The notes beneath the pieces were generated by a model. It saw only the letters and a list, made by a program, of their open reading frames with translations, was not told where the DNA came from and made no database searches. Source: Candidatus Heimdallarchaeota archaeon (GTDB taxonomy: Archaea > Asgardarchaeota > Heimdallarchaeia > Heimdallarchaeales > Heimdallarchaeaceae). From it: a DNA stretch of 32,000 nt. The DNA lies in the NCBI GenBank assembly GCA_030668875.1, contig DAOVER010000001.1, positions 84,486 through 116,485 of the forward strand, written 5' to 3'. The stretch's first letter is position 1. The number at the start of each line of letters is the position of its first letter. Position numbers and translations under genes: made by a program. Below are positions 1-8,786 of this stretch, in pieces.

Positions 1-1
1 A

Positions 2-2257
2 ACTATTGAAAGCGGTTCAGAAGACCTAGCTATCTTAGGAGATTATGCCTATATAGTTGGATCTGATGTTGCACTAGTTGTATATGATGTGAGTAATTCA
101 AATAACCCAATCTTAGTGAATTCTTTTGATTATGAGATTAGTAATAGATCCATTACTACCAAAGCTATAGACATTGTAGGAAATTCGGCTTATGTTGCAC
201 TTGGGCTTTCTGGTTTGGCGATTTTTGATATTTCTGATCCGCTAAATATTTCTTTGTTAGGTTACAAATCTGACATAAAATCCGTTGGTGTTGATGTTGT
301 AGGTGATTATAGTTATGTAACTGTTCATGATGTTAGTGTTGATGATTATGGACTTACAATATTAGATACTTCTAACTTTTCAGATATCTCTGAAATAAGT
401 TATTACAACACTACACTTCTTATGACAGAAGATATTTTCATCGATGAAATATCAAACAGGATTTACCTTGCGCAAGGTAAAGGTGGAATCCATGTTATAG
501 ATGGTTCAAACATTCTAGCTTTAAGTTTTATGGGTGATTATAAGGATACAACAGATGTGAATGTCTTGCTCCTTAGTGGAGTAAATAGAGGCGTTGTAGT
601 AAACACTATAATACTAGGATTATCAACAACTCTTTTCTCTGTAATATTAGGTACAGCATTGGCTTTTATCTTAGCAAGATTTGAGTTTCCTGGTAAAAGA
701 TTGGTTAGTATATTGGCACTAGCTCCTCTTATTATACCGCCGTTTATTTCTGGTATGGGATTCCGTCTAATTCTTGGTCCAAATGGTTTTTTAAACAATT
801 TCTTCTTGGTTCCAAATTTTGAATTCAAAATTATATTTGAAGGTTTCGTAGCAATTACCCTTGTTCAAACATCACATTTCTATGCTTTAGTTTATCTCAA
901 TGCATTTTCTTCCTTTATCAATATTGACCCAACAATGGAGGAGTCGGCAGAAAATTTGGGTGCTAGTAGTTTCAGATTGTTTAGCACTATAACACTCCCT
1001 CTTGCAATGCCCGGAATTGGAGCAGGAGCAATATTAGTTTTAATCCTCTCAATGGAAGACGTTGGAACACCGATAATTTTTGCAGGTATGGGAGATCCTG
1101 CTGCAAAAAATTATCTGACGTATTATATTTTTGAAAACTATGCTAGAGCTGCGACGGTGGAAGTCACGCCTGAAGTGTGTGTTTTAGGTGGTATTTTGCT
1201 AATCATGGCAATCATTGGATTTTTTGTGATTAGAAAGTATATCTCTCTCCGGAAATATTCTATGGTATCAAAAGGTCGAGCTGGACAATACCGTATGGCA
1301 AAAGCAGGATGGAAATTGTTATTCATCTATCCATTCCTTATACTATTATTCGCATATTCGCTCATGGTGCATATAGGAGTGATTCTTATGTCTCTAATGA
1401 CAACTCTGGGTGCTGGAAGCCCGAGTGAGATAAAATTCACGCTTGAAAATTATAGATTAATTTTCGTTTCTTCAGCCTACGATATACCGCCGTATTTGGT
1501 TAATACTTTATTATATAGTGTAATCGCTACATTGCTGATAGTTGTTCTAGGTTCATTAGCAGCTTATGTAATAAGTAGAAAAGATTTCAGGGGTAAGCAA
1601 CTTCTAGATGCTCTAGTAACTTTACCTATAGCTATCCCGGGGATCGTACTAGCGATTGGTTATTACAGAGCTTTTGATTGGAGTGGAATAGCTGCTGGTT
1701 ACCCTCCCGAAACTCCAATAACTTCCTTTATGGGTTATTACCAAGCCTTTGATTGGAGTGCTATCCCTAGTATAGCAGTTACCAAATGGTTCGCGGAATC
1801 AATGGCATGGATGACGGCATCTCTTCGTTTAGATCCATTTATCGGAGTAGCTGTTACCTTACTTATACTGAGCTATACCGTTAGAAAATTCCCATTTACA
1901 GTACGATCAGCTTATGCAGGATTGCAACAAATGGACGTGGTCTTAGAGGAAGCAGCTTTTAATCTTGGAGCTAGTAGAGCAAAAACTTTCACAAGTATTA
2001 CTATACCATTAATCTCCCTAAATGTTTTTGCTGGATCTCTTGTATCATTCCTCTATTGTTTATCTGAAGTATCAACAACAATATTCTTGATATTTCAGGC
2101 AAATGCTGGAACATTAACATGGTACATGGCATGGAATCCTTTGAAATTCCAGATATTTTGTGCATTAGGTGTTATATTGATGTTCTTGCAGATTGTAAGT
2201 CTATTCATAACCAATATTATCTTGGGATCAAGAGCAGAAGCTATAACTGGTATCTAA
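2..2257 (+). CDS. ABC transporter permease (FbpB/ThiP-like, two permease halves) preceded by LVIVD-repeat beta-propeller segment; 5' truncated by window edge
   Basis: Frame is open from nt 2 (TIESGSEDLAILGDYAYIVG...), so the start lies upstream. LVIVD-like repeats (GNSAYVA..GLAIFDISDP; GDYSYVT..GLTILDTSN; RIYLAQGKGGIHVIDGSN) are followed by hydrophobic helices and two EAA loops (EESAENLGAS, EEAAFNLGAS). Confidence 0.85.
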   Translation, partial: TIESGSEDLAILGDYAYIVGSDVALVVYDVSNSNNPILVNSFDYEISNRSITTKAIDIVGNSAYVALGLSGLAIFDISDPLNISLLGYKSDIKSVGVDVVGDYSYVTVHDVSVDDYGLTILDTSNFSDISEISYYNTTLLMTEDIFIDEISNRIYLAQGKGGIHVIDGSNILALSFMGDYKDTTDVNVLLLSGVNRGVVVNTIILGLSTTLFSVILGTALAFILARFEFPGKRLVSILALAPLIIPPFISGMGFRLILGPNGFLNNFFLVPNFEFKIIFEGFVAITLVQTSHFYALVYLNAFSSFINIDPTMEESAENLGASSFRLFSTITLPLAMPGIGAGAILVLILSMEDVGTPIIFAGMGDPAAKNYLTYYIFENYARAATVEVTPEVCVLGGILLIMAIIGFFVIRKYISLRKYSMVSKGRAGQYRMAKAGWKLLFIYPFLILLFAYSLMVHIGVILMSLMTTLGAGSPSEIKFTLENYRLIFVSSAYDIPPYLVNTLLYSVIATLLIVVLGSLAAYVISRKDFRGKQLLDALVTLPIAIPGIVLAIGYYRAFDWSGIAAGYPPETPITSFMGYYQAFDWSAIPSIAVTKWFAESMAWMTASLRLDPFIGVAVTLLILSYTVRKFPFTVRSAYAGLQQMDVVLEEAAFNLGASRAKTFTSITIPLISLNVFAGSLVSFLYCLSEVSTTIFLIFQANAGTLTWYMAWNPLKFQIFCALGVILMFLQIVSLFITNIILGSRAEAITGI
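1658..1760 (+). repeat. Imperfect 28-bp direct repeat, 75 nt apart, inside the permease gene (GYYRAFDWSG / GYYQAFDWSA)
   Basis: ggttattacagagcttttgattggagtg at 1658-1685 and ggttattaccaagcctttgattggagtg at 1733-1760. Confidence 0.8.
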
Positions 2258-2280
2258 TATCAGTTCTTCCCTTCCTTTTT

Positions 2281-3885
2281 TTATTGAAAATGGATTTTTC
2301 TTTGTTCGTAACCCAATTTTCCTCCATTTTCATCTTGGAAGATAAATTCAACTAAAGTTTTCCCTAGAAAATTTGTTGCTGGAATTTCTATCATAATAGG
2401 ATCATGGGAATTTCTTTCAAGCAATAACGGGTAGAGATGGCTAGTATAGATTCCGCCACGAACAAAAGATATCCTAAGTGTTCCAGTAACATCCTCATCT
2501 CCTCTATTATACATATGAACAGGAATATTGAAAGGTTTGTGAACAGGGGCTGTCTCTGGAGCTGTTACTCTAATGTCGATATTATGAACCTGTTGCTCTA
2601 GGTCAAGACTTGGTATGGAATGTTTCCAGGATATATCCTCGAAAAGTGTACCCTTTGTTCCTAGCTCAAATTCTGTAGGTATTTCTTTCATCTTTTTCAT
2701 TATTCTTCCTTTATCACTTTGAATGTCAATGAAAGTGTGTAATGTTATCTTGTTGTTTTGAATATCATCATAGAAGTAACGAATCTGTCTAATTGGAGAA
2801 TCTCCCATCGTATTGCCACGTTGTAAAATTATACATCCAGGATTTCGCAGTAAATATCTCGTATCTTCTTGTAAAGTAGGATCAATTGGGATCCATATGC
2901 CATTTGCAAAAAACTCAGCTTGTGAATGATGTTGCCATTCTCCATTTTCGCTTTGTATTGTACTAGTAGTAAGTCTTGCAGGTACATTAGCGGCTCTACA
3001 AAGGCTTACAAACAGTGAGGCAAATTCAGTACAATCTCCATATCTATTTTCTAGAGCATAAAGCGCTCCAAAATCACCACTTTGAGGAAGGAATTGAATA
3101 TTCTCTCTTAGGAATTTTAAGAACGATAGAACCTTACTTAATGCTGAAAAACTACTCACTTTTTGAGCTATGCGAATGATTTTTCTATTTGAAGAATCAA
3201 TAAATGGTTCATCTTGTGTATATTTTTGAAAAGTTTCAGGATAAAGATTTTCTATATCCTTTTCCTCTGACTTTATTCTTGTAACATCATAGGAAACCAA
3301 TCTAGTAATAATAAGCGCACGATATGCGATAGTTATTTTTTCATTAGGGTCGAGTTGTGCAAAGTAAAATCTCATCCATCTGTTTCCTTCTTTATCTGCA
3401 ATTAATTTACTAGGTCGAAAGTTACACTCAATTTTTGTAACTTGTTGAATGGGCGAGATATTAGGGGGTATCATAATATCTATGGTAAAATCATTGATGG
3501 GATTATTATTTGGATTTATTATCTTGACACCATATGTAAATATCCATCGATGCATTAACTGTTTCTTCGTTTTAATATTTACCTTTGCTATTCGTTTAAA
3601 ATCTCCATCTAACTGCAGGATATAGGTACCAGAAAAAAGATCGGGTGTTATCGGAAAACGATAAATGTGACGGAGACCTGTTTCATCTAACCGAAGCTGA
3701 TCTGAATCAATAATTGTTCCCACGGGGGAAATAAACAATATATGTAGTCTGAGTTTTTGATTTGACTGTACAAAGGGAATTTGTTCTTCTTCACCTGCAA
3801 TTAATATACTATCCCCTACCTCAAGAACTGTTTGTGGAGTAAGTATACGTGATTTGCTATGCCTTACATGAAATATCTCGATCAT
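2281..3885 (-). CDS. Transglutaminase-like (Cys-His-Asp) domain protein with flanking beta-rich domains
   Basis: YGDCTEFASLFVSLCRAANVPAR (catalytic Cys), QHHSQAEF (His) and WIPIDPT (Asp). No signal peptide. Confidence 0.85.
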   Translation of the reverse strand: MIEIFHVRHSKSRILTPQTVLEVGDSILIAGEEEQIPFVQSNQKLRLHILFISPVGTIIDSDQLRLDETGLRHIYRFPITPDLFSGTYILQLDGDFKRIAKVNIKTKKQLMHRWIFTYGVKIINPNNNPINDFTIDIMIPPNISPIQQVTKIECNFRPSKLIADKEGNRWMRFYFAQLDPNEKITIAYRALIITRLVSYDVTRIKSEEKDIENLYPETFQKYTQDEPFIDSSNRKIIRIAQKVSSFSALSKVLSFLKFLRENIQFLPQSGDFGALYALENRYGDCTEFASLFVSLCRAANVPARLTTSTIQSENGEWQHHSQAEFFANGIWIPIDPTLQEDTRYLLRNPGCIILQRGNTMGDSPIRQIRYFYDDIQNNKITLHTFIDIQSDKGRIMKKMKEIPTEFELGTKGTLFEDISWKHSIPSLDLEQQVHNIDIRVTAPETAPVHKPFNIPVHMYNRGDEDVTGTLRISFVRGGIYTSHLYPLLLERNSHDPIMIEIPATNFLGKTLVEFIFQDENGGKLGYEQRKIHFQ

Positions 3886-4155
3886 TTATGAATCACTAGC
3901 GCTTGTGTAAATATTGCTTAAATCAGATAAATGTCAATTGCTGGTAAGGACAACAGCGTTGAAATTTTTTTTAAATATACGTAATATTGTCGGAGTGTCA
4001 AAATCAACCTATCTAATTGGAATAAAAATTCATTCTAATAATTGAAATACTAAAAAATTCTCCCAAATAACTTAAAAATAGCTTTTTTGTCGGGAAGTTA
4101 TTTCCCTTAAAAATAAGGCAAAACATTAAAATAGTAGATGACTTTTATATTACGT

Positions 4156-4169
4156 GCACAAATATGTGC
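4156..4169. promoter_or_regulatory. Palindrome GCACA-N4-TGTGC just downstream of a TATA-like box (ttttatatta, 4143-4152)
   Basis: Inverted repeat seen directly, lying between the TATA-like box and the ATG at 4180. Confidence 0.4.
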
Positions 4170-4179
4170 GGTGAAATAA

Positions 4180-5196
4180 ATGAACAGAAAATATATTTTC
4201 GCATTAATTCTAATTGTGGGAATGGTTGCTGGCATAATGCCAACTAATGCCTATACTACCTCCATTACAGTGACCGGTGCAACTTTTGCATTCGACATTT
4301 CACATGGCGGGTATCATACATCAATGGATGACCTCGGACCCATAATGGACAATTTGACAGCAGCAGGTAACACTGTGCTTCTCATTAATGAGACATGGGA
4401 ACTACCTGATGAAGTAGACGCATTATTCTTAACTCAAGCTGATGATGAATTTTCAGCAGCCGAAAAAGCTGACATCAAGGCATGGTTAGGAATTGGAGAC
4501 AAATTACTTATTGCCACTGGAGATTCTGATTATGGTGGTTATTTTAGTCCTGCTCCAATAAACAATGTTCTCGACTACATTGGTGCAATGCTCAGATTAG
4601 ATGCAACATCCATCGAAGATCCCGAATTTAATGATGGTTCTGCTTACAGAGTAGCAGCTCATGAAATCGGTTATGGAGACGTTCTGTATGATGATCTAGT
4701 TTACAACCTTACTGAAGGTATGGAAGCTGGTATGATTCTACATGGACCTTGTGCAATTCTAGCTTATGATGGAACCTATTACAAAGATCTACGTTTGGGT
4801 AAATCAGTCTTTCCACTAAAATTAGAAGTACTTTTGACATATGGAAGAAATGCTACTTCAATTGATTCAGATGTAAGTGAAACTGATTTAGATCTATATG
4901 CAGGTGAAACAGGTTACTTCCCAGCAGTTGTTTATGAATACTTAAGCGATCTTAACGACAGTCACCTTATAGTAGGTGGAGAAGCATTCTACACTCACTA
5001 CAAGAACATGTATGATCAAGCAACTGAAAACGGCGTTTACAACGGTGGTGTAACTTATGGACAAATGTTCGTAGACAATATCATTAACTTCTTTGTTAAA
5101 ACACCTGTCGATGATACAGCATACGAGTTTGCATTTGCAGCCATCCCACTAGCAATAATAGGCGCAGTTTATGTCCTAATGAAAAAGAGAAAATAA
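4180..5196 (+). CDS. Exported, C-terminally anchored protein with GldG/IFT52 (GIFT)/DUF4350-like domain
   Basis: Signal peptide (MNRKYIFALILIVGMVAGIMPTNA). FAFDISHG ... DALFLTQADDEFSAAEKADIKAWL ... INNVLDYIG pattern. C-terminal TM helix followed by KKRK. Confidence 0.7.
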   Translation: MNRKYIFALILIVGMVAGIMPTNAYTTSITVTGATFAFDISHGGYHTSMDDLGPIMDNLTAAGNTVLLINETWELPDEVDALFLTQADDEFSAAEKADIKAWLGIGDKLLIATGDSDYGGYFSPAPINNVLDYIGAMLRLDATSIEDPEFNDGSAYRVAAHEIGYGDVLYDDLVYNLTEGMEAGMILHGPCAILAYDGTYYKDLRLGKSVFPLKLEVLLTYGRNATSIDSDVSETDLDLYAGETGYFPAVVYEYLSDLNDSHLIVGGEAFYTHYKNMYDQATENGVYNGGVTYGQMFVDNIINFFVKTPVDDTAYEFAFAAIPLAIIGAVYVLMKKRK

Positions 5197-5260
5197 TCTC
5201 TCTTTCTTTTTTCCTTTTTCTTTTTATTTTGATTTTGATTTTCAATCCTTCTTTGCTTTT
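5197..5260 (+). terminator. Long oligo-T/pyrimidine tract, archaeal-type terminator
   Basis: tctctttcttttttcctttttctttttattttgattttgattttc immediately after the stop codon at 5196. Confidence 0.6.
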
Positions 5261-5301
5261 CATAACAAATATATTAATAGAAGAATTAGCAATAATATTT
5301 C

Positions 5302-5715
5302 ATGATTAAAATCTGGGGTTATACTCCATCTGCTACTTTACCTTCTTCAAAAACATTGGGTGTCGATATAGACGAAGTAAAACAAGTATTTTCAGCATTA
5401 CTATTTAAAGAGGGTGTAAAAGGAGTAGTTGTTCAAATTGAGCAGATTGGGAGCAATCCGAAGGCTATTATTCAGCTAGTGATTGACGACAATGTTGTTT
5501 TGACAACTCATTTTTCACCTAGAGAAGCAAAGGAATTTTGCTATGAAATAGATGAAACAGTGTATCCAAAAATAAAGATTGAAGTAGTTTTTAAAGTTGA
5601 ACAAGGAACTATATCATTACCTGTATCTGCAATTGGGAATGGTATGGGATTTCAAAAAATCGCTGATGACTATGTTCCCATGAATCATCTTGGTCTCGGT
5701 TTAATCATTCATTAA
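5302..5715 (+). CDS. Hypothetical protein (137 aa)
   Basis: ORF fills the intergenic space with protein-like composition. No family recognised. Confidence 0.6.
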   Translation: MIKIWGYTPSATLPSSKTLGVDIDEVKQVFSALLFKEGVKGVVVQIEQIGSNPKAIIQLVIDDNVVLTTHFSPREAKEFCYEIDETVYPKIKIEVVFKVEQGTISLPVSAIGNGMGFQKIADDYVPMNHLGLGLIIH

Positions 5716-5857
5716 TACTCTTTCTTGTTTCTGCTACTTCATAGAAATTTAGCTGTTTTTTAGAGGATTGATGGATAATCTTTTTAATCAACATAATATT
5801 ACAAATAGTCGGATACGTAGATACAATATGTATCAGCCAACACAAGGAGAAATTTGA

Positions 5858-7117
5858 ATGCTTGTTTCAGAAATTAAGGATGATGCGGATTATATAAAAC
5901 GTGACCTTTCAAACATGCTAAAATTTAGAGACAAGAAATCCATAACTGACTTGGATTTAAGAAACAAGCGAGTTTTAGTGCGTGTAGACTTCAATGTTCC
6001 TTTGGATGAACATGGTAATATAACTGATAGTCGAAGAATCAGATATACTCTACCAACAATTCATTACTTACTTAATGAAAACTGTCGTATTATACTTATA
6101 AGTCATTTAGGACGACCTAAAGGCAAAGAGGATGAATCAATGCGAATGGTGAATATTTACAAGAGATTAAAAGAATACTGCCCCCTTTCAAATATTCATC
6201 TGGCAGATGATTGTATTGGTTCAAATGTTGAAAAAATGGTGAAAAAGCTCAAACCTAGAGAAATGCTTCTTTTGGAAAATCCTCGTTTTCACCCAGAAGA
6301 AAAAGAAAATGATGAAGAATTTGCAAAAAAGCTAGCTAAATTAGCAGATGTGTATGTAACAGATGCTTTTGCAACAGCTCATAGAAAACACGCATCTACA
6401 TATGGTGTTTGTAATTATCTAGAGGAGAAAGGATATGGTTTCTTGCTTGAGAAAGAGATGAAATTTATCTCAAATTGTATTGCTAAACCTAAACGTCCTT
6501 TGACAGTTGTTCTTGGTGGAAAGAAGGTTGAAGACAAGCTCGATGTAATCAAGTATTTGATTGGAGTTGCTGATAATATCCTAATTGGAGGGGGAATGGC
6601 TTTTACATTCTTGTTAGCTAAGGGCTATGCAGTAGGGAAATCAATAAAAGATCTTTCAAAACTAGATGATGTTCGTCAATATATTAAAGAAGCAAAAGAA
6701 AGCTGTACCAGAATTTATCTCCCAAGAGATGTCATTGTGTGCGATGAATTGGATTATCCAACAAAAATCGAACAGGTTCCAATTACAGAAATACGTGAAA
6801 ATCATGTGGGTGTTGATATCGGTGAAGAAACAATAAAGGCATACAAAGATATACTAAGTGAATCAAAACAAGTAGTCTGGCAAGGACCATTAGGTGTTTT
6901 CGAGAAAGAAGAATTTGAGAATGGAACAAAAGAGATTGCTAGACACCTTATCGAAAATCATATCTATACAATTATTGGAGGTGGAGATTCAGCTGCTTCC
7001 TTTGAAAAATTTGGGTTTCAAGATGAAGTTTCTTTTATTAGTACTGGAGGAGGAGCAAGTTTAGAAGTAATGAAAGGTACTTTACTCCCTGCAGTTGAAT
7101 GCCTGAGTGATAAATAG
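5858..7117 (+). CDS. pgk: Phosphoglycerate kinase (bacterial/eukaryotic-type signature)
   Basis: RVLVRVDFNVP, SHLGRPKG, LLENPRFH, DAFATAHR, VLGGKKVEDK, GGGDS, STGGGASLE. GGAG motif upstream of 5858; alternative start at 5915. Confidence 0.97.
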   Translation: MLVSEIKDDADYIKRDLSNMLKFRDKKSITDLDLRNKRVLVRVDFNVPLDEHGNITDSRRIRYTLPTIHYLLNENCRIILISHLGRPKGKEDESMRMVNIYKRLKEYCPLSNIHLADDCIGSNVEKMVKKLKPREMLLLENPRFHPEEKENDEEFAKKLAKLADVYVTDAFATAHRKHASTYGVCNYLEEKGYGFLLEKEMKFISNCIAKPKRPLTVVLGGKKVEDKLDVIKYLIGVADNILIGGGMAFTFLLAKGYAVGKSIKDLSKLDDVRQYIKEAKESCTRIYLPRDVIVCDELDYPTKIEQVPITEIRENHVGVDIGEETIKAYKDILSESKQVVWQGPLGVFEKEEFENGTKEIARHLIENHIYTIIGGGDSAASFEKFGFQDEVSFISTGGGASLEVMKGTLLPAVECLSDK

Positions 7118-7122
7118 ATTCT

Positions 7123-8706
7123 TTAGATTAAGGACCCAATAATATATACAAGAGCAGATACGAATGCGCCAATTGCAACACTAAAGAGGTTAACTATATC
7201 ATTCTGCATCCAGCGTATACCTGAATGGAAAGTTGTTCCTTCATTGCAGTGAGAGCCTTTTTCCGTTATTTTGCCACATATCTTACATTTGTTCATCTTT
7301 TGAATAGTACAAGCAAAAATACTGTCAGCATAAGCACCTAAGAATCCTCCAACAGTTACCGCAATCAGAAATAGTATTACAGAGGAAGGCATTACGACAA
7401 GGCTGTCCAGATGACTAACACCAACTCCTATTCCTGCAATCACTGCAGCTGCAATTATTGATGAAAGTAAGCCTATAATTGATACAGCTCCTGGTGTACC
7501 ACTATCTGCTTCTACCCAAGGTTTTTTGGAAATTCTAGGCTTTTTCTTTGATAATACCCCTATTTCTGTACCTAAAGTGTCACTCAAGCTTGTCGCAAAT
7601 GCCCCCCCTGCCATAATAGTGAAAATAGGTTCTCGTGCTAAAACTGCAACAAATGCAAGTACAGCAGGTACTATACTATTTACCATTGCTTGGACACTAT
7701 CTCTCGCTGTATCTCCTTTCTCAAACTCCTCTATTGCATCTTTTTTCTTGTTTTTTCCAATGAATGTGAATAAAGAACCAATAATGAAGAAGGAAACATA
7801 CATTGCTCCCCATGTCCATGATCCTAAACCAAGAATGATGAACCCAAAATAAAATCCTGCAATTGCTCCATCCCAAGTCAAAGCTTTCAAGGTTATACCA
7901 AGAATTGCTAACACCAATCCAATCACAAAGGCACCAATTATCGAATATAAAGATAAATCAGCATTCAAATTTTCTAAATTTTTATCTAAAACGAATGTGT
8001 ATAATAAGAACAATGCCAAAGCATTTGCCGCTGGAATTGCTATATTATCAAACCCTTTTGGAGTTATGGCCTCTACTATGGCTGTTATGAAACCGGTGAG
8101 CAATCCGATATAGATTGCAACTTCTAGTGTTTGATGAAAAATCAAACAACTTATAGACACCACTACTAGAGTAGCAAAAGCTGCTGTCCAACTACCTAAC
8201 AGAGATTTAGTACTACCAAAAATATCGTATTTACTCTTCTCTCCAAATTTTGTTCCAATAACAGCACTCATTCCATCACCCCAGACTAAAGGCATGAAAG
8301 AAGCAAATAATATTACATTATACGGATTAGTGGCGGTGGTATCAGGATAGAAGAATAATCCAACTAATACTGTCAGAGAAATGGCATAGAAAACGGTTCC
8401 ATAGGCATGACCTTCTCCAACGCCCTTCAAACGGAATTTCTTGATTGGAGATGCTGGAGAAGTGAAGTAAGTAAAAGGAATGAAGAACAAGGGACCAATC
8501 AAGGCAATCCATACGTTTGAGAAGAAAAAGGGAAAAACAAGAACAACATTTCCGACTGATAAATGAACAATTTTCCTCGAAGTACTCCCTTGAACAATAT
8601 CTTTTCTCTGTAAAATTTCAGCTATAGTTAATGTTGCAAGAACAAAGATTAACAATGATATGATTCCTATTAAATCCCAATTAGTAAAAGTAAATTCTGT
8701 TCTCAT
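7123..8706 (-). CDS. Fusion of phytol/dolichol kinase-like domain (COG0170) and DUF92 (COG1836/TMEM19/VTE6-like) domain; polytopic membrane protein
   Basis: N-half: SRKIVHLSVG, WGDGMSAVIG.KFG, TKSLLGS, VEAITPKGFDNIAIP. C-half: LTWDGA, RDSVQAMVNS, SDTLGTEIG, GAVSIIG, GAYADSIFACTIQ, CKICGKITE, NDIVN. Confidence 0.85.
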   Translation of the reverse strand: MRTEFTFTNWDLIGIISLLIFVLATLTIAEILQRKDIVQGSTSRKIVHLSVGNVVLVFPFFFSNVWIALIGPLFFIPFTYFTSPASPIKKFRLKGVGEGHAYGTVFYAISLTVLVGLFFYPDTTATNPYNVILFASFMPLVWGDGMSAVIGTKFGEKSKYDIFGSTKSLLGSWTAAFATLVVVSISCLIFHQTLEVAIYIGLLTGFITAIVEAITPKGFDNIAIPAANALALFLLYTFVLDKNLENLNADLSLYSIIGAFVIGLVLAILGITLKALTWDGAIAGFYFGFIILGLGSWTWGAMYVSFFIIGSLFTFIGKNKKKDAIEEFEKGDTARDSVQAMVNSIVPAVLAFVAVLAREPIFTIMAGGAFATSLSDTLGTEIGVLSKKKPRISKKPWVEADSGTPGAVSIIGLLSSIIAAAVIAGIGVGVSHLDSLVVMPSSVILFLIAVTVGGFLGAYADSIFACTIQKMNKCKICGKITEKGSHCNEGTTFHSGIRWMQNDIVNLFSVAIGAFVSALVYIIGSLI

Positions 8707-8786
8707 TTTGAATGCTCCAAGAGGTTTTGTTAAGTAGTTTAAAGATTTTCAACACTATTTCAAAGAAAAACAACTTAGATAAAAGT

